A stretch of DNA of 64,000 nucleotides from Nostoc sp. (GTDB lineage Bacteria; Cyanobacteriota; Cyanobacteriia; Cyanobacteriales; Nostocaceae): the NCBI GenBank assembly GCA_036918135.1, contig JBALDB010000011.1, positions 1 through 64,000 on the forward strand. Reading direction: 5' to 3'. A program made the translations under genes and the position numbers. Each line of letters opens with the position of its first letter. Positions within the stretch are counted from its first letter, which is position 1. The notes beneath the pieces were generated by a model. It was not told the origin of the DNA. It worked only from the letters and a program-made list of their open reading frames with translations, and ran no database searches. This document shows positions 39,524 to 50,323 of this stretch, piece after piece.

Positions 39524-40837
39524 TTACCCTTTGACTTTTAATAGTAGTCTAGTCTCATTAGCGGCTGATTGCATTGCATTCTCAGGAGTCATGCGATTTG
39601 TGAGTGCAGCACTCAAATAACGTTGCAAAATATCTGATGCTTGAGCATATTGGGCAATGGACGGACGTAAAACGCTTTTATCGGCTATCTTGAGTATTTG
39701 AGGATAATGAGGATATTTGCTGACAACTTGTGGGTCTGTAAACAGCGAACGTTGGCTTGGTACAAAACCCGATTTAAAAATAAATTCGCGCTGTGTTTCT
39801 TCACTGGTAAAGAATTGAATTGCTTTCCAAGCTTCTTGAGGATGTTTTGAAGATTTGCTAATTCCTAAACCAAAACCACCTAAACACGCTGCTGGACTGT
39901 TGCCAGGAGTAGCAACCATTGGTTTCATGGCTATTTTATCTTTTACAGGGGAGTCATCAGCATTGGCTAAAGGCCAAACATAAGGCCAACTTCGTAAAAA
40001 TGCTGCTTGACCGCTTTGAAATATGCGTCTTGTATCTTCTTCAATATATGTTGTGACTCCGGGTGGAGAAATTCCTTGTTCAATAGTATCTTTGAGAAAA
40101 GCGATCGCTTTTAATGTCTCAAGTCTATCTAACCCTACTTCTAAATTATTAGGATTCATCCAAAATCCACCGAAACCTTGCAAGACTTCCAAAAACATGG
40201 CAACTAGTCCTTCAGACTGGCGACCTTGCCAAAGGTAACCCCACTTAACTTTTCTTTGCTCTTGTAATGACTGAGATATTCTCAGTAAATCTGCGAATGT
40301 TTCTGGTGGTTGAAAACCTGCTTGTTCGAGCAAGTCTTTGCGGTAGTAGAGAACTCCAGCAGTAGCATACATCGGAATTCTGTAGAGTTTACCTTCGTAA
40401 CGTCCGGCTTCTATGTGTGCAGGAAAAAATTTTGCTAACTCTTCTTTTGGTAAGCGATCGCTTAAATCTAACAACCAGCCAGCAGCAGCAAACTTAGGCG
40501 TCCAAATGACATCCATCAATACCATGTCATAGGGAGAATCTCCTAAGATATATGCTGAAGTCAGCAGGTCTTCTTGTAAATTTGATGTACTCGGCCCTTC
40601 AATAATATTGATATGAATGCCCGGATTTGTTGCTTCAAAGTCCTTGATAATGCTTTCCTTCCAAAGTTCGCCATCACTAGCATTCATCATCAGATTCAAG
40701 ACTACTAGTTCTTCTGATATGGCTGGCGGCGTGGAAAGCAAAAAGATGCCCAATACAATAGCAAAAAATATTCCTACACGCCATTTGAGTTGTTGGAAGA
40801 TTTTATGCTGTTGTTTTGTTTGTTTGATGTGAGACAT
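39524..40837 (-). CDS. Sugar/glycoside ABC transporter substrate-binding protein
   Basis: N-terminal TM/signal, DVIWTPKFAAAGWL, LYYRKDLL, WQGRQ.EGL, FLRSWPY. Confidence 0.88.
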   Translation of the reverse strand: MSHIKQTKQQHKIFQQLKWRVGIFFAIVLGIFLLSTPPAISEELVVLNLMMNASDGELWKESIIKDFEATNPGIHINIIEGPSTSNLQEDLLTSAYILGDSPYDMVLMDVIWTPKFAAAGWLLDLSDRLPKEELAKFFPAHIEAGRYEGKLYRIPMYATAGVLYYRKDLLEQAGFQPPETFADLLRISQSLQEQRKVKWGYLWQGRQSEGLVAMFLEVLQGFGGFWMNPNNLEVGLDRLETLKAIAFLKDTIEQGISPPGVTTYIEEDTRRIFQSGQAAFLRSWPYVWPLANADDSPVKDKIAMKPMVATPGNSPAACLGGFGLGISKSSKHPQEAWKAIQFFTSEETQREFIFKSGFVPSQRSLFTDPQVVSKYPHYPQILKIADKSVLRPSIAQYAQASDILQRYLSAALTNRMTPENAMQSAANETRLLLKVKG

Positions 40838-40899
40838 TTTTAGCAAAACATCTTTATTATCAAATTTGTACTTCTAGATTCTTGATTCTTAAATTATAG

Positions 40900-41775
40900 C
40901 TACTCCCAGTAACCCCAAAAATCTTGATGTGTGACATTACAACTAAGTTGGTTTTGAGCAATCATCTGTTGTTTTTTTTGCAACCAGGTGTTTAGCTCAT
41001 GCTCTAAAGTTGCTTCTTCCAGAATCTCTGGAATTGATTCTTCCATAAACCTTAACATGAACTGAAGAAAGACAGCATCGCTGCTACTAATTTCCCACGG
41101 ACTTTCTCCTTGTATTACCTTCATATCGATACGTTTCATTACCTCCTCCATAGAACCACCGCAGTCAGGCCCCATCCCCCTGCCGAAGTCTTGAGAGCGC
41201 TGCATGTGCTGATTGTAGTATCCTATAAAGGAAGAATCACCCTCATTTTGAGGAATAAAATTTGTGCCAGTATAGTTAACAGTCGCTAGCAGCGGCAATT
41301 GGTACTTTTTTAAACATTCCAGTAATGTTTGAAATTGCTTTTCGCTAAATAAATCGAACACTGCATTGGCGACAGCTAAATCTAAAGTATTTAAGTCTAT
41401 GAGATTCTCCAGATCCAAAATAGAGCCGACAATTCTGTGGATAGTAATTTTATAGACTTCATTTTTTAAGACTAATATTGAGTCTTGCAATTGTGACTCA
41501 TATCCATTTTCCTGTGCCCAGACGATTAGCCTATCAAAGGCGATTTCTAAATGTTCTTGATTTTGTTCGACCAAAAACCACTCCTGATCCTGGAAAATCT
41601 TACTCAGGTAGTAGCGACAGTTAGCACCCGTACCAGCTCCTAAATCAACGATTTTAAGGCTTTTGCGCTTTTTCAGGTATTGTTGGCAGCTTGCTTCCAC
41701 AGTTAAGTTACGCCCCTTGGCATCATAGGGAATACGCAATTCTAGCCATTCGGCAAATTTATCATTTTTATTCAT
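40900..41775 (-). CDS. Class I SAM-dependent methyltransferase
   Basis: WL.LR.PYD..R, IVDLGAGTGAN, A.FDL.S, YNQHMQR. Confidence 0.8.
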   Translation of the reverse strand: MNKNDKFAEWLELRIPYDAKGRNLTVEASCQQYLKKRKSLKIVDLGAGTGANCRYYLSKIFQDQEWFLVEQNQEHLEIAFDRLIVWAQENGYESQLQDSILVLKNEVYKITIHRIVGSILDLENLIDLNTLDLAVANAVFDLFSEKQFQTLLECLKKYQLPLLATVNYTGTNFIPQNEGDSSFIGYYNQHMQRSQDFGRGMGPDCGGSMEEVMKRIDMKVIQGESPWEISSSDAVFLQFMLRFMEESIPEILEEATLEHELNTWLQKKQQMIAQNQLSCNVTHQDFWGYWE

Positions 41776-41955
41776 TGGACTTCTTGCAAAGAAAAGAATT
41801 TTGGTTTTTAAAGAAAAAATTTCCACAAAAGCAGATAAAATGCTTGCTGAATTTTAGCAACCATTAAATCAAGATTTAGAATTATTTATTGAAATAAAAG
41901 TACACTAGGTAAACTATCCGCCATTAACACTTTTCAGGGTAAAGTAACGGGTAGT

Positions 41956-42726
41956 TTACACGGTATCGAGAGTTAGCAGAGAACGTGCATATACATCACC
42001 AGAGTTTGCATCGACAGGCAAGCTTTTGAGTTGAGCGGCCATTTCCTGAGAATTAAACCAATTAGCTGACTGCAATTGATAGGATTCGCCGAACTTTGCA
42101 GGTTTCCAGTTGAATTCATAAGGCCCCAAAGAATTCAATTGTTCAATGCAAGCTAGAGCAATGTTTATTGCACTCGGAGTGTATTCAAACGAAAGGGCAC
42201 GAATAGGTTGCGACAAGCCACGCAGAACTTCGAGTTCGTGACCCTCAACATCAATCTTGCAAAAAGCTGGCTTACCATACTGGGCGATGAGGCTATCAAT
42301 GGTTGTTACCGAAACAGACACGGTTGTATCCCAGCGCACATGAGCAAAAGAGTCAACCTGTTGGACAGCTTGCATCCAGTCACGGGAGAGGGTGGTTACA
42401 GTTGGGGTACGTTGGCTCACCAATAAGTCTTGCGTCCCAGGAACTAAGCCAACAGCTTGTTCGACAAGGGTAATCTGAGAATTATTGCCGTACCAGCGTT
42501 TCAAAAGTTGCATACACTGAGGTTGAGGCTCGATGCCAATAACGCGGGCACCAAGACGAGACAAGGCAAGAAGATGATTGCCAACATGGGAACCAATGTC
42601 AAAACAAAGGTCGCCTGGTTGGACAAACAGTGAATAAAAGCCGGATAACTGACGGATGCGAAAGGGAATACCGTAGTACATTATTAATGAGCGAAGAATC
42701 CCCATTTGCTGCGATAAAGATGACAT
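41956..42726 (-). CDS. FkbM family methyltransferase
   Basis: FDIGSHVG, IEPQP, KIDVEGHE.EVL.G. Confidence 0.88.
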   Translation of the reverse strand: MSSLSQQMGILRSLIMYYGIPFRIRQLSGFYSLFVQPGDLCFDIGSHVGNHLLALSRLGARVIGIEPQPQCMQLLKRWYGNNSQITLVEQAVGLVPGTQDLLVSQRTPTVTTLSRDWMQAVQQVDSFAHVRWDTTVSVSVTTIDSLIAQYGKPAFCKIDVEGHELEVLRGLSQPIRALSFEYTPSAINIALACIEQLNSLGPYEFNWKPAKFGESYQLQSANWFNSQEMAAQLKSLPVDANSGDVYARSLLTLDTV

Positions 42727-42792
42727 GTTAATTGTTTCCTGCTGATGATTCAGTAGTTTTAGTGATTGAGGAAATATTAAGATTTTTAGTAA

Positions 42793-43839
42793 CTAGTATG
42801 TAAATACTTGTAAAAAATCTCGATAAGTTTGCTCCCAAGTGTTAAAGGATAGGTTTGCGGTACGATTCAAAGCTTCTTTGCCTAACCGATCGAGTTGATT
42901 GGGATCTGTAAGCAATTTTTTGAGTGCCATAAAAAATTGTTCCTGCTTGCCTAACTCAATCAGTATCCCATTGACTCCATCCTCAATCCAGTCAGCAATT
43001 GCTCCAGTTGCATAAGCTAATACTGGTAGCCCGTTAGTAACTGCTTCTGCTGTGGACATAGAATAACTTTCATAGGTAGATGCGGAGATATAAAGGTCAG
43101 ATTCAGACAACAACTCCAACATAGTTTTTTGAGGAACGCGGCCGTGAACAATTACAGCATCTTGTAGTTGGGCACGCTCGATCAACGCCAGAGTTTTGTC
43201 TTTGTATGCTTGTTCTTCGCAGTCACCAATTAAATGCAGCCTAAAATTCTTTGTTTCCATCTGGGCTAACATTTCTACTAATTCAAGTTGGCCTTTGCGT
43301 CGATAGAAGGTTCCTATGCTAATTAGAGTTATCTGCTCTTGCGATCGCTCTTTAAGATTATGCAGGTAAAGCGCCCGATCGATACCTGGTGATGCTACTA
43401 CGATTTTGTCTGTTTCGATGCCACCACTTAAGATATAATTCCGCAATTGGAAACTAGGAACGATAATACCCTTCATAGCCTTTAACCACTGGGCTTCATC
43501 ACTCCAGAGCGCTTTCTTTTCCTGAGCCGAGAAGTAGGTATTCAATGACTCAAGATGGTGAAGCATCAAGTAAGTTCGTTGAGCATAGGAAAGAAATTCG
43601 TTTAAGGAAGCATTGAATTCAGGAATTGTCAAGTAGAGCGCGTCAATCACAAGGATGCAATCAGAGGGCAAAGCACTCAATTGTTGAAGCAGCCCAGAAA
43701 CAGATCCATCTAAGGGATAAAAAAAATTCTCTCCTTTGCCTTCCTGCTCCAAGCGCTTGACAATTTCTACATTGTAGAGTGAGCCTCCTGAGGTGAAACT
43801 TAGTTTCGGCTGAATAAAATAGATCGTATTTGAGTTCAT
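42793..43839 (-). CDS. GT4 family glycosyltransferase
   Basis: SGGSLYN, RRKGQ, ESYSMSTAEA; ATG overlaps the upstream TGA (ATGA). Confidence 0.88.
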   Translation of the reverse strand: MNSNTIYFIQPKLSFTSGGSLYNVEIVKRLEQEGKGENFFYPLDGSVSGLLQQLSALPSDCILVIDALYLTIPEFNASLNEFLSYAQRTYLMLHHLESLNTYFSAQEKKALWSDEAQWLKAMKGIIVPSFQLRNYILSGGIETDKIVVASPGIDRALYLHNLKERSQEQITLISIGTFYRRKGQLELVEMLAQMETKNFRLHLIGDCEEQAYKDKTLALIERAQLQDAVIVHGRVPQKTMLELLSESDLYISASTYESYSMSTAEAVTNGLPVLAYATGAIADWIEDGVNGILIELGKQEQFFMALKKLLTDPNQLDRLGKEALNRTANLSFNTWEQTYRDFLQVFTY

Positions 43840-44213
43840 ACCTCTGCTTCGTAGCTTCCCCAAGCGATATGGCTTTCCTCCAGGGTGATTTTCAGAGAGC
43901 CTTTGAAAAAAGAACTTACTTGTTTGCTAATTTGTTGGTGGATATAATAACCCATGTATTCTGTCGTTGTATTTATCCCCTTAAATTGTTCGAGAGTATC
44001 TAGATTTTGGTAATTTAACGGTTCTAGAACTTCTTTGAGAATTGCGATCGCCTGACCGATATCAATCACTAAGCCATCTTTATCCAATGATGGTACTTTA
44101 AATTCAGCTGTGATTATAAAGGTTGCTCCGTGCAGCTTTTGAGCGGGGCCAAAAATTTCCCCTTGGAAGCTATGGGCAATCATGAGGTGGTCTTTTACTG
44201 CAACAGAAAACAT
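43836..44213 (-). CDS. PTPS/QueD-family (COG0720) T-fold protein, Cys-less subtype
   Basis: AHS...FGPAQKLHGATF, NLD, NTTTE, LEESH; no CxxxHGH cysteine. Confidence 0.88.
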   Translation of the reverse strand: MFSVAVKDHLMIAHSFQGEIFGPAQKLHGATFIITAEFKVPSLDKDGLVIDIGQAIAILKEVLEPLNYQNLDTLEQFKGINTTTEYMGYYIHQQISKQVSSFFKGSLKITLEESHIAWGSYEAEV

Positions 44214-44218
44214 GATTT

Positions 44219-45199
44219 TTAATACTCAACTAACGGCGAAACTGGCTGCACTTGACGCTGATATAACAGTGACATAAATTCGGGCAAGTCTTGAAAAGAA
44301 ATCACAGGCTCTAGGAGAATATCTACGGCTGCATCTGCAAGCAATTGCAAAACCCGTTCTTTACGCTGGCGATAGTCAATTAAGTTTCGCATGGGTTTGG
44401 CGATCGCCGAAACTTGAGAAGCGATAATTTGTTTGCGCTGGTAATGAAACGAACCACCCAATTGCAAGGAAACTGATTGCGTTCCGTACCAACTCAGTTC
44501 GATACAGCGACCTTCAAAAGTCAGCGCATCAATCGCACTCTGAAGTCCAGAAGCAGAAGCGCTGGTATGAAAGACGATATTGTAATTGTCTTTTTGATAG
44601 TCGGTTGCTAAACGAGAATTTTGCAGCCAAGGTAGTTGTTCTAGGTATTGAATTCGCTGCTTATCCTGTTCTAAAAAGTCTGCCTCAATACCATACTCTT
44701 TGCTGAGAACAAAGCTAATCAGAATACCGACAATACCTGCACCAACTATTAAAATACGAGCGTCCTGACTAACTTCGGCATCCCAAACTGCATTCAGGGC
44801 TGTTTCCGTGTTGGGAATTAAAGTTGCCCGCTTACTAGGTAACCAATCTGGCAATTCTAATGCATCAGAACTCTCCACCACGACTCTCGATTGGTGGGGA
44901 TGCATGACAAAAAATCGTTTACCCTGATTGGAGGCTGCATCAGCTTGACCGACAAGACTGTAACCGTACTTTAAAGGTAAGGCAAAACTACCTTCCATAT
45001 ACCAACAGCGCATTGTTTCCCAACACTCTTCGGGGACTTTTGCTAGACCTATCAGGCGTTCTGTCCCCGGACTAATCCCACTGTATAGCGTTTCCAAAAA
45101 CAGAGGCTCTTTAGGCAACGGCGTGACTGAGGTTTCTCTAATTTCACCAACGCTTGGAGAGACTAGCCAGTAGGCGTAAGCTTGAGAATTTGTAGACAT
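44219..45199 (-). CDS. MDR/zinc-binding-family dehydrogenase
   Basis: YSGISPGTE, KYGYS.VG, HPHQ, ETALNAVWD, GAGIVG, ELSWYG. Confidence 0.85.
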   Translation of the reverse strand: MSTNSQAYAYWLVSPSVGEIRETSVTPLPKEPLFLETLYSGISPGTERLIGLAKVPEECWETMRCWYMEGSFALPLKYGYSLVGQADAASNQGKRFFVMHPHQSRVVVESSDALELPDWLPSKRATLIPNTETALNAVWDAEVSQDARILIVGAGIVGILISFVLSKEYGIEADFLEQDKQRIQYLEQLPWLQNSRLATDYQKDNYNIVFHTSASASGLQSAIDALTFEGRCIELSWYGTQSVSLQLGGSFHYQRKQIIASQVSAIAKPMRNLIDYRQRKERVLQLLADAAVDILLEPVISFQDLPEFMSLLYQRQVQPVSPLVEY

Positions 45200-45226
45200 C
45201 TTTAACCAGCAGCCTCAACGAGCAAA

Positions 45227-46957
45227 TTAAATGCGTGACTCCTTATCTAGAAGCAATTCCACTAGAATTTCTCCATCAAGATCGAAGTGTTTCATTTGAA
45301 AGCGCAGTCCTTGGTCGATGGAGTCTATAACTGGAAGGGTGAAACTCGACCGTCCCGAACCCAAAATCAAAGGAGAAAAATGGAGATGCAGTAACTCTAT
45401 GCAATCAGCTTGCAAGAAATAGGATACGGTTTGTCCTCCACCTTCCAAAAAAATACTAGAAATGCCATTTTCGTACAAAACGTTTAAAATCTCCGAGGGA
45501 GCCAAAACTGTATTTTTTTGAGAACCTGTTTTGGGAGAAATCGGAATCTCCAAAATTTTGTCTTTGACTGCTTGTGGTACGACTCGATGCTGCTTTCCTT
45601 GAGGATATAAGACAATAACTTTTTCATGGACTGCCATCATCTGCAAATCATCCAGCTTCAAATCGCTTTCTCCTTCAATAATCACTGGAGTTGGATGCTT
45701 GCCAGCTACTAAACGAACCGTTAGTTTAGGGTTGTCGAGTGTTGCAGTGAGTGCGCCTACCATAACGGCATCATGAAGGGCACGCAAACGATGAGCATGT
45801 TTCAAGTTAGCCTCATTGCTAAGCCATTGAGAGTTGCCATTGATTGCTGCAATTCTGCCGTCTAGAGATTGTGCCAAGTGAGCCATCAGAAATGGACGCT
45901 TTTCTAGATAAGCTGCTCGTTGAGAGATTAAGAGCCTGACATATAAAGAAAAAGTTTGCCATCCATTGCTGAGCCACATTCCTTTAAAACATTGGGCATC
46001 TTGCACAAAATCGGTCTTTAAAGGCGAGCCGCTTTTGAATACAATGGCAGATTCTACTTGAGAAAATAGTTGATTAGCAAAATTTAAGTTTTCACAAAAA
46101 TCATTTGCCAAATCGATGATAATCAAGAAATCACTTTCTGGAATCTGCGGTATCTTTTCGCTAGAAAGTTTTTGGAAACTCCACGGACTTTGAGCATTTC
46201 CAAAAAAAGCCCAATACTCATTCTTTTGAGGAGCTTCATTTTTCATTGTCTGTTTGCATTCCAGCAATGCCGACCAGATATCATCTAAATGATCGTCAAT
46301 TTTGAAGGCATTTCTGGCTATAGATTGCCGATTTTTGAATTCCAGAAGATGCCCCAGCTTCTTAGTTTTAGTTGTCAAATAATTAAAATTGTAGTCATTG
46401 GGTTCAATGGCTAAAGGAATTCGTTCGACTACCTCAATCCCGTAGTTTTGCAAACGAGCAATTTTGCGAGGATTATTAGTAATCAAGCGAATTTCCTTTA
46501 CACCTAAATCCTTGAGGATTTGCGCCGCCATACTGTAGTCTCGGAGGTCAGCAGAGAATCCCAAACGTTCATTTGCTTCTACTGTATCCAGTCCCAAATC
46601 TTGCAAAGAATAGGCTCTCACCTTATTCAACAAACCAATGCCTCTTCCCTCTTGTGGCAAATAAATTATCACTCCTTGACCTGCGGTTTCAATCATCCTC
46701 AGTGCCGTTTGCAACTGGCCTCCACAATCACAACGTAGAGAACCTAAAGCATCGCCAGTTAAACATTCGGAGTGTATTCTTACCATTACCGGGTTATCGA
46801 AGTTTTCTACTTCTCCCTTAATGATGGCGATATTCTCTGAATCGTCCAGAGTATTACGATAGCCATATATTTTGAATGTACCAAACTCACTAGGTAACTT
46901 GGCGATCGCTACAGTTTCTGTAAAAGCCATTTCAGTAATCGTTGTTTTCTTGCTCAT
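45227..46957 (-). CDS. ribA: GTP cyclohydrolase II fused to a RibD-type pyrimidine reductase domain
   Basis: [36 protein letters not shown]-terminal [21 protein letters not shown]...DNP.LTVR, EGG. Confidence 0.9.
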   Translation of the reverse strand: MSKKTTITEMAFTETVAIAKLPSEFGTFKIYGYRNTLDDSENIAIIKGEVENFDNPVMVRIHSECLTGDALGSLRCDCGGQLQTALRMIETAGQGVIIYLPQEGRGIGLLNKVRAYSLQDLGLDTVEANERLGFSADLRDYSMAAQILKDLGVKEIRLITNNPRKIARLQNYGIEVVERIPLAIEPNDYNFNYLTTKTKKLGHLLEFKNRQSIARNAFKIDDHLDDIWSALLECKQTMKNEAPQKNEYWAFFGNAQSPWSFQKLSSEKIPQIPESDFLIIIDLANDFCENLNFANQLFSQVESAIVFKSGSPLKTDFVQDAQCFKGMWLSNGWQTFSLYVRLLISQRAAYLEKRPFLMAHLAQSLDGRIAAINGNSQWLSNEANLKHAHRLRALHDAVMVGALTATLDNPKLTVRLVAGKHPTPVIIEGESDLKLDDLQMMAVHEKVIVLYPQGKQHRVVPQAVKDKILEIPISPKTGSQKNTVLAPSEILNVLYENGISSIFLEGGGQTVSYFLQADCIELLHLHFSPLILGSGRSSFTLPVIDSIDQGLRFQMKHFDLDGEILVELLLDKESRI

Positions 46958-47952
46958 AAGTTTCTGACAATCTTTTCAATCTTTTCTTACTCTCAAGTAG
47001 ACATTAAACGTTCTCAAGATTTAAATCTTAACTCTAAATCTCAACCAAATTTACTCGCTCTTTACCAAGCAAATCGCAAAGTATCGATGAGTATCCAAGT
47101 ATATTATAAAAAACAATTAATATTAAACATAAATTAATTCGGCTTTAAATTTTGAAACAGTTTTAAACTTAAATTCTTGAATAAATTTATTACTTTGATT
47201 TATCTCGATCTGAGTGTAGAACATTTATATTGAGTATTTTACTGATTGACAAAATATATTCTCTTTAATATTTAACGGATAGTCTTTGACACTTGCCAAA
47301 CGAAGCTGCCAATTTTAAATCTCCTCACAGCTTACGTCGTCAGTGTCAATAAAAATGTCTGAAAACCCCTGATGATTATCTTGAGTGTTAGCAAAAAACA
47401 GGCAAACAACATCTGTACTTAGTCAAAGTATCATGAAACAGCTACAAATGAAATCTTTAAAGATTAAGAAATGTATAGTTACTCAGTGCAGAATCATCCG
47501 AACTCAGCAAGACTTACAGCCAGGTAACGGAAAATCAAACCACATATCAGGCAGAAGACGCCTAAGAATAAGAGTTTCAGAAAGTTATTGTCTAAATACT
47601 ATAAGTAAGTCAGTGTGGAAAAACAAAACTATATAAAAATAAATAAATAAATATGCATAATGCATATATCAAGATGATAAACAATATATCTGAGGTCTGT
47701 TTTAAAAGCATTTCTGACTCATAAGTTGAGATAAAATTCTTTTGAACTTAAGAACTAGGAAAAACAAAGTACAACCAAGAGAACATAGCATTTAAAAAAA
47801 ATACCTCAAAAAAGAAGCATGTATATCATTACTAAAAAGTTCAAGTCATCAATCATTTGTCAATAAGTACTAGTGCTTAAAATTTTGTATTCTTTTGTAC
47901 CTTTTGTCTTTTTACTTTTACCTTCTTGTAATATTGTGTTTGTAAATACTTT

Positions 47953-48555
47953 CTAACAGATATTTGTGCAGACAAAGTTAATTACATCTGTAAGCCCTGA
48001 CTGAGTTTTCAAATTAGTAAAAATAAAAGGTTTATCGCCGCGCATTTTTTTAGCATCTCGTTCCATAACAGTTAAATCTGCACCGACATAAGGTGCAAGG
48101 TCGATTTTGTTAATCACCAACAAATCAGACTTAGTAATACCAGGTCCACCCTTACGAGGAATTTTATCACCAGCTGCAACATCGATAACATAAATCGTTA
48201 AATCTACCAATTCTGGACTAAAGGTAGCAGCCAAATTATCACCGCCACTTTCCAAAAATACCAAATCCAAATCCGTAAAACGTTCTTCCAACTGTTCAAT
48301 TGCTGCTAAATTCATAGAAGCATCTTCGCGGATAGCAGTATGAGGACAACCGCCAGTCTCTACACCTAAAATGCGATCGCTTGCTAAGGCTTGAGAACGC
48401 ACTAAAAATTGAGCATCTTCTTGAGTATAAATATCATTCGTCACCACTGCAAGCTGATACTGCTCGCGCAATTTCTTGCACAAAGCATCCACCAAAGCCG
48501 TTTTCCCGGAACCAACGGGGCCAGCAACACCTACTCTAAATGCGTTCTTTGTCAT
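47953..48555 (-). CDS. ureG: Urease accessory GTPase UreG
   Basis: [26 protein letters not shown]. Confidence 0.97.
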   Translation of the reverse strand: MTKNAFRVGVAGPVGSGKTALVDALCKKLREQYQLAVVTNDIYTQEDAQFLVRSQALASDRILGVETGGCPHTAIREDASMNLAAIEQLEERFTDLDLVFLESGGDNLAATFSPELVDLTIYVIDVAAGDKIPRKGGPGITKSDLLVINKIDLAPYVGADLTVMERDAKKMRGDKPFIFTNLKTQSGLTDVINFVCTNIC

Positions 48556-48595
48556 TTGTCATTTGTCATTTGTCATTAGTCATTGGGCAAACAGG

Positions 48596-48806
48596 CAGTG
48601 TGGGAGGATGGGGAACAAATTCAGGTGTGGGAGGTTTTGGAGGTGTGGGAGGATGGGGAAGAAATCTTTCCCCCCTCTCTCCCCACACTCCCCCATCTGG
48701 TCAGCTCCCCACACTCCCCACACTCCCCCATCTGGTCATCTTTCCCCCCCTCTCTCCCCACACTCCCCACACTTCCCACACCTTTTCATCTCCCCATCTC
48801 CCCATC
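48596..48806. repeat. Low-complexity CCCCACACT/CCCCATCT repeat tract between ureF and ureG
   Basis: Directly visible; includes inverted G-rich copies. Confidence 0.8.
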
Positions 48807-49498
48807 TAACTCCTAAATAACCTTGTATACTGCGTTTGATGCTGCATACTCGCTAGGGATAAACCCCAACTCCAACAGCTCAGTTGTTCATCTTCCAAGG
48901 TGAGAATTTCCAATACTGTAGTACTAATTAATAATTGCAAATCTAGTAATAACTGCTGTCCTGCTGTTTGTCCCAAGGGGATAAGTTTGACGCCAGCTGT
49001 AATTAAATTACTTGCCCAACTATGGAGATATGCTAATAATCCGGCTTTGATATTAATTTGCCAATGAGCAAGGGCAATGCCAAAAGCGATCGCATAATTG
49101 CAAGGATTACCTACAACCTTGGTTATAGGTTCAATCTGCGGTTCTAATTTACCAAGTAATTGGACGAGCGATCGCCCCATTTGCCAACTAGAGGCGCGTA
49201 ATTCTTCTGTTTCCCTAGCAGCAGATAACCACAGATTCCAAGAGCATAAAGACTCGACATCGCCCATTTTTGTAGATTTCTCAGCTCGTACCATTATCGC
49301 CGCCTCTAGCCGAATTGCCCCGTAAATCAATTGTGCTTCTAACCAATGTTTGAGAGCTGCCTGATTAGCGATCGTACCATTTTCCACCAATGTTTCCAAG
49401 CCTTCAGAATAACTATATGCTCCTACAGGCAAAGCAGGGCTAGCTAACTGTAAAATATGCAAAAAATGGCTATCAGTGAGCGTGATGGTGTTGTCCAT
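48806..49498 (-). CDS. ureF: Urease accessory protein UreF
   Basis: [20 protein letters not shown]-terminal RLFRS. Confidence 0.95.
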   Translation of the reverse strand: MDNTITLTDSHFLHILQLASPALPVGAYSYSEGLETLVENGTIANQAALKHWLEAQLIYGAIRLEAAIMVRAEKSTKMGDVESLCSWNLWLSAARETEELRASSWQMGRSLVQLLGKLEPQIEPITKVVGNPCNYAIAFGIALAHWQINIKAGLLAYLHSWASNLITAGVKLIPLGQTAGQQLLLDLQLLISTTVLEILTLEDEQLSCWSWGLSLASMQHQTQYTRLFRS

Positions 49499-49919
49499 AA
49501 GCTCCCAATTCTGGTTGAAATGGTAAAATTTCTTCTTTAACTTCCAATCCCAGTTGTTCCAACATCGTGCGTAGAACTGAATCTGAAGACAAGCGTAAAT
49601 AAGTTGGGGTAATTTCTACAGGTACATGGCGATTTCCCAAATGATATGCTGCCTTTAGTAATAAAAGCCGTGTTTCGGCAAAGGCGGTCATCACTAGTTC
49701 TGGTTTAGCAGTAATTCTAATTAAACTATTATAGGTTTCTTCTTGGAGGATATCGCCATCGTGTAAGACAGTTCCTCTGGGTAAATGCAAAAATACAACT
49801 TTTCCATCTTCCGTTTCAAAGCGATGACGACTGCGGGTACGTTCTTGTGCTGTTAGCCCCAGAGTTAAGGTGACTACTGCATCGTAATTAGCTGGTTTGA
49901 GTTGGGTAAATGTCAGCAT
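49473..49919 (-). CDS. ureE: Urease accessory protein UreE
   Basis: [14 protein letters not shown], His-rich tail. Confidence 0.95.
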   Translation of the reverse strand: MLTFTQLKPANYDAVVTLTLGLTAQERTRSRHRFETEDGKVVFLHLPRGTVLHDGDILQEETYNSLIRITAKPELVMTAFAETRLLLLKAAYHLGNRHVPVEITPTYLRLSSDSVLRTMLEQLGLEVKEEILPFQPELGAYGQHHHAH

Positions 49920-50043
49920 AAAAGTTTCGCCCGATCTAAAACCATCGACTCATGAAATGAGAAAAAACACAAGGGCACAAGGGACTGGGGAAGATGAGGA
50001 AAATAATACTATTCCTAAAAATCTTTACAAGACATAAATCTAA

Positions 50044-50073
50044 GGTAGGGGTGTACGTCTGTACGCCCCTACA
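50044..50073. repeat. REP-like hairpin GTAGGGGTGTAC-GTCT-GTACGCCCCTAC
   Basis: Near-perfect palindrome. Confidence 0.65.
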
Positions 50074-50323
50074 TATCTATCTATATCAGGTATTTTGTGA
50101 AATGGTATGAGGGAGATTTAGAACTTGAAATATTAACCTCAAATACTCGTTAATCCAGTTCAAATACTCAAAATCCTTCTCATCTCCTTCCTTTGAATTA
50201 AACGAATTAGAGTAATATAGCAACGGTGGTGTTATTCCATCAAAATGATACCGTAATTTTGTCTAGATTTAGAATCCTATTACCCTGCTAATAGGAGATT
50301 ATTTTTCAAAGGAGTTTGCTGCA

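Noticed and set aside
46958..47952. FMN riboswitch, or the 83-aa ORF 47385-47636, upstream of ribA
   Set aside because: No RFN consensus is visible, and the ORF has no recognisable features in AT-rich DNA.
48476..48820. Three overlapping Pro/His-rich ORFs
   Set aside because: They are translations of low-complexity repeats between ureF and ureG.
47953..49919. ureEFG without ureABCD as an anomaly
   Set aside because: Split urease loci are common in cyanobacteria; the structural genes are probably elsewhere.
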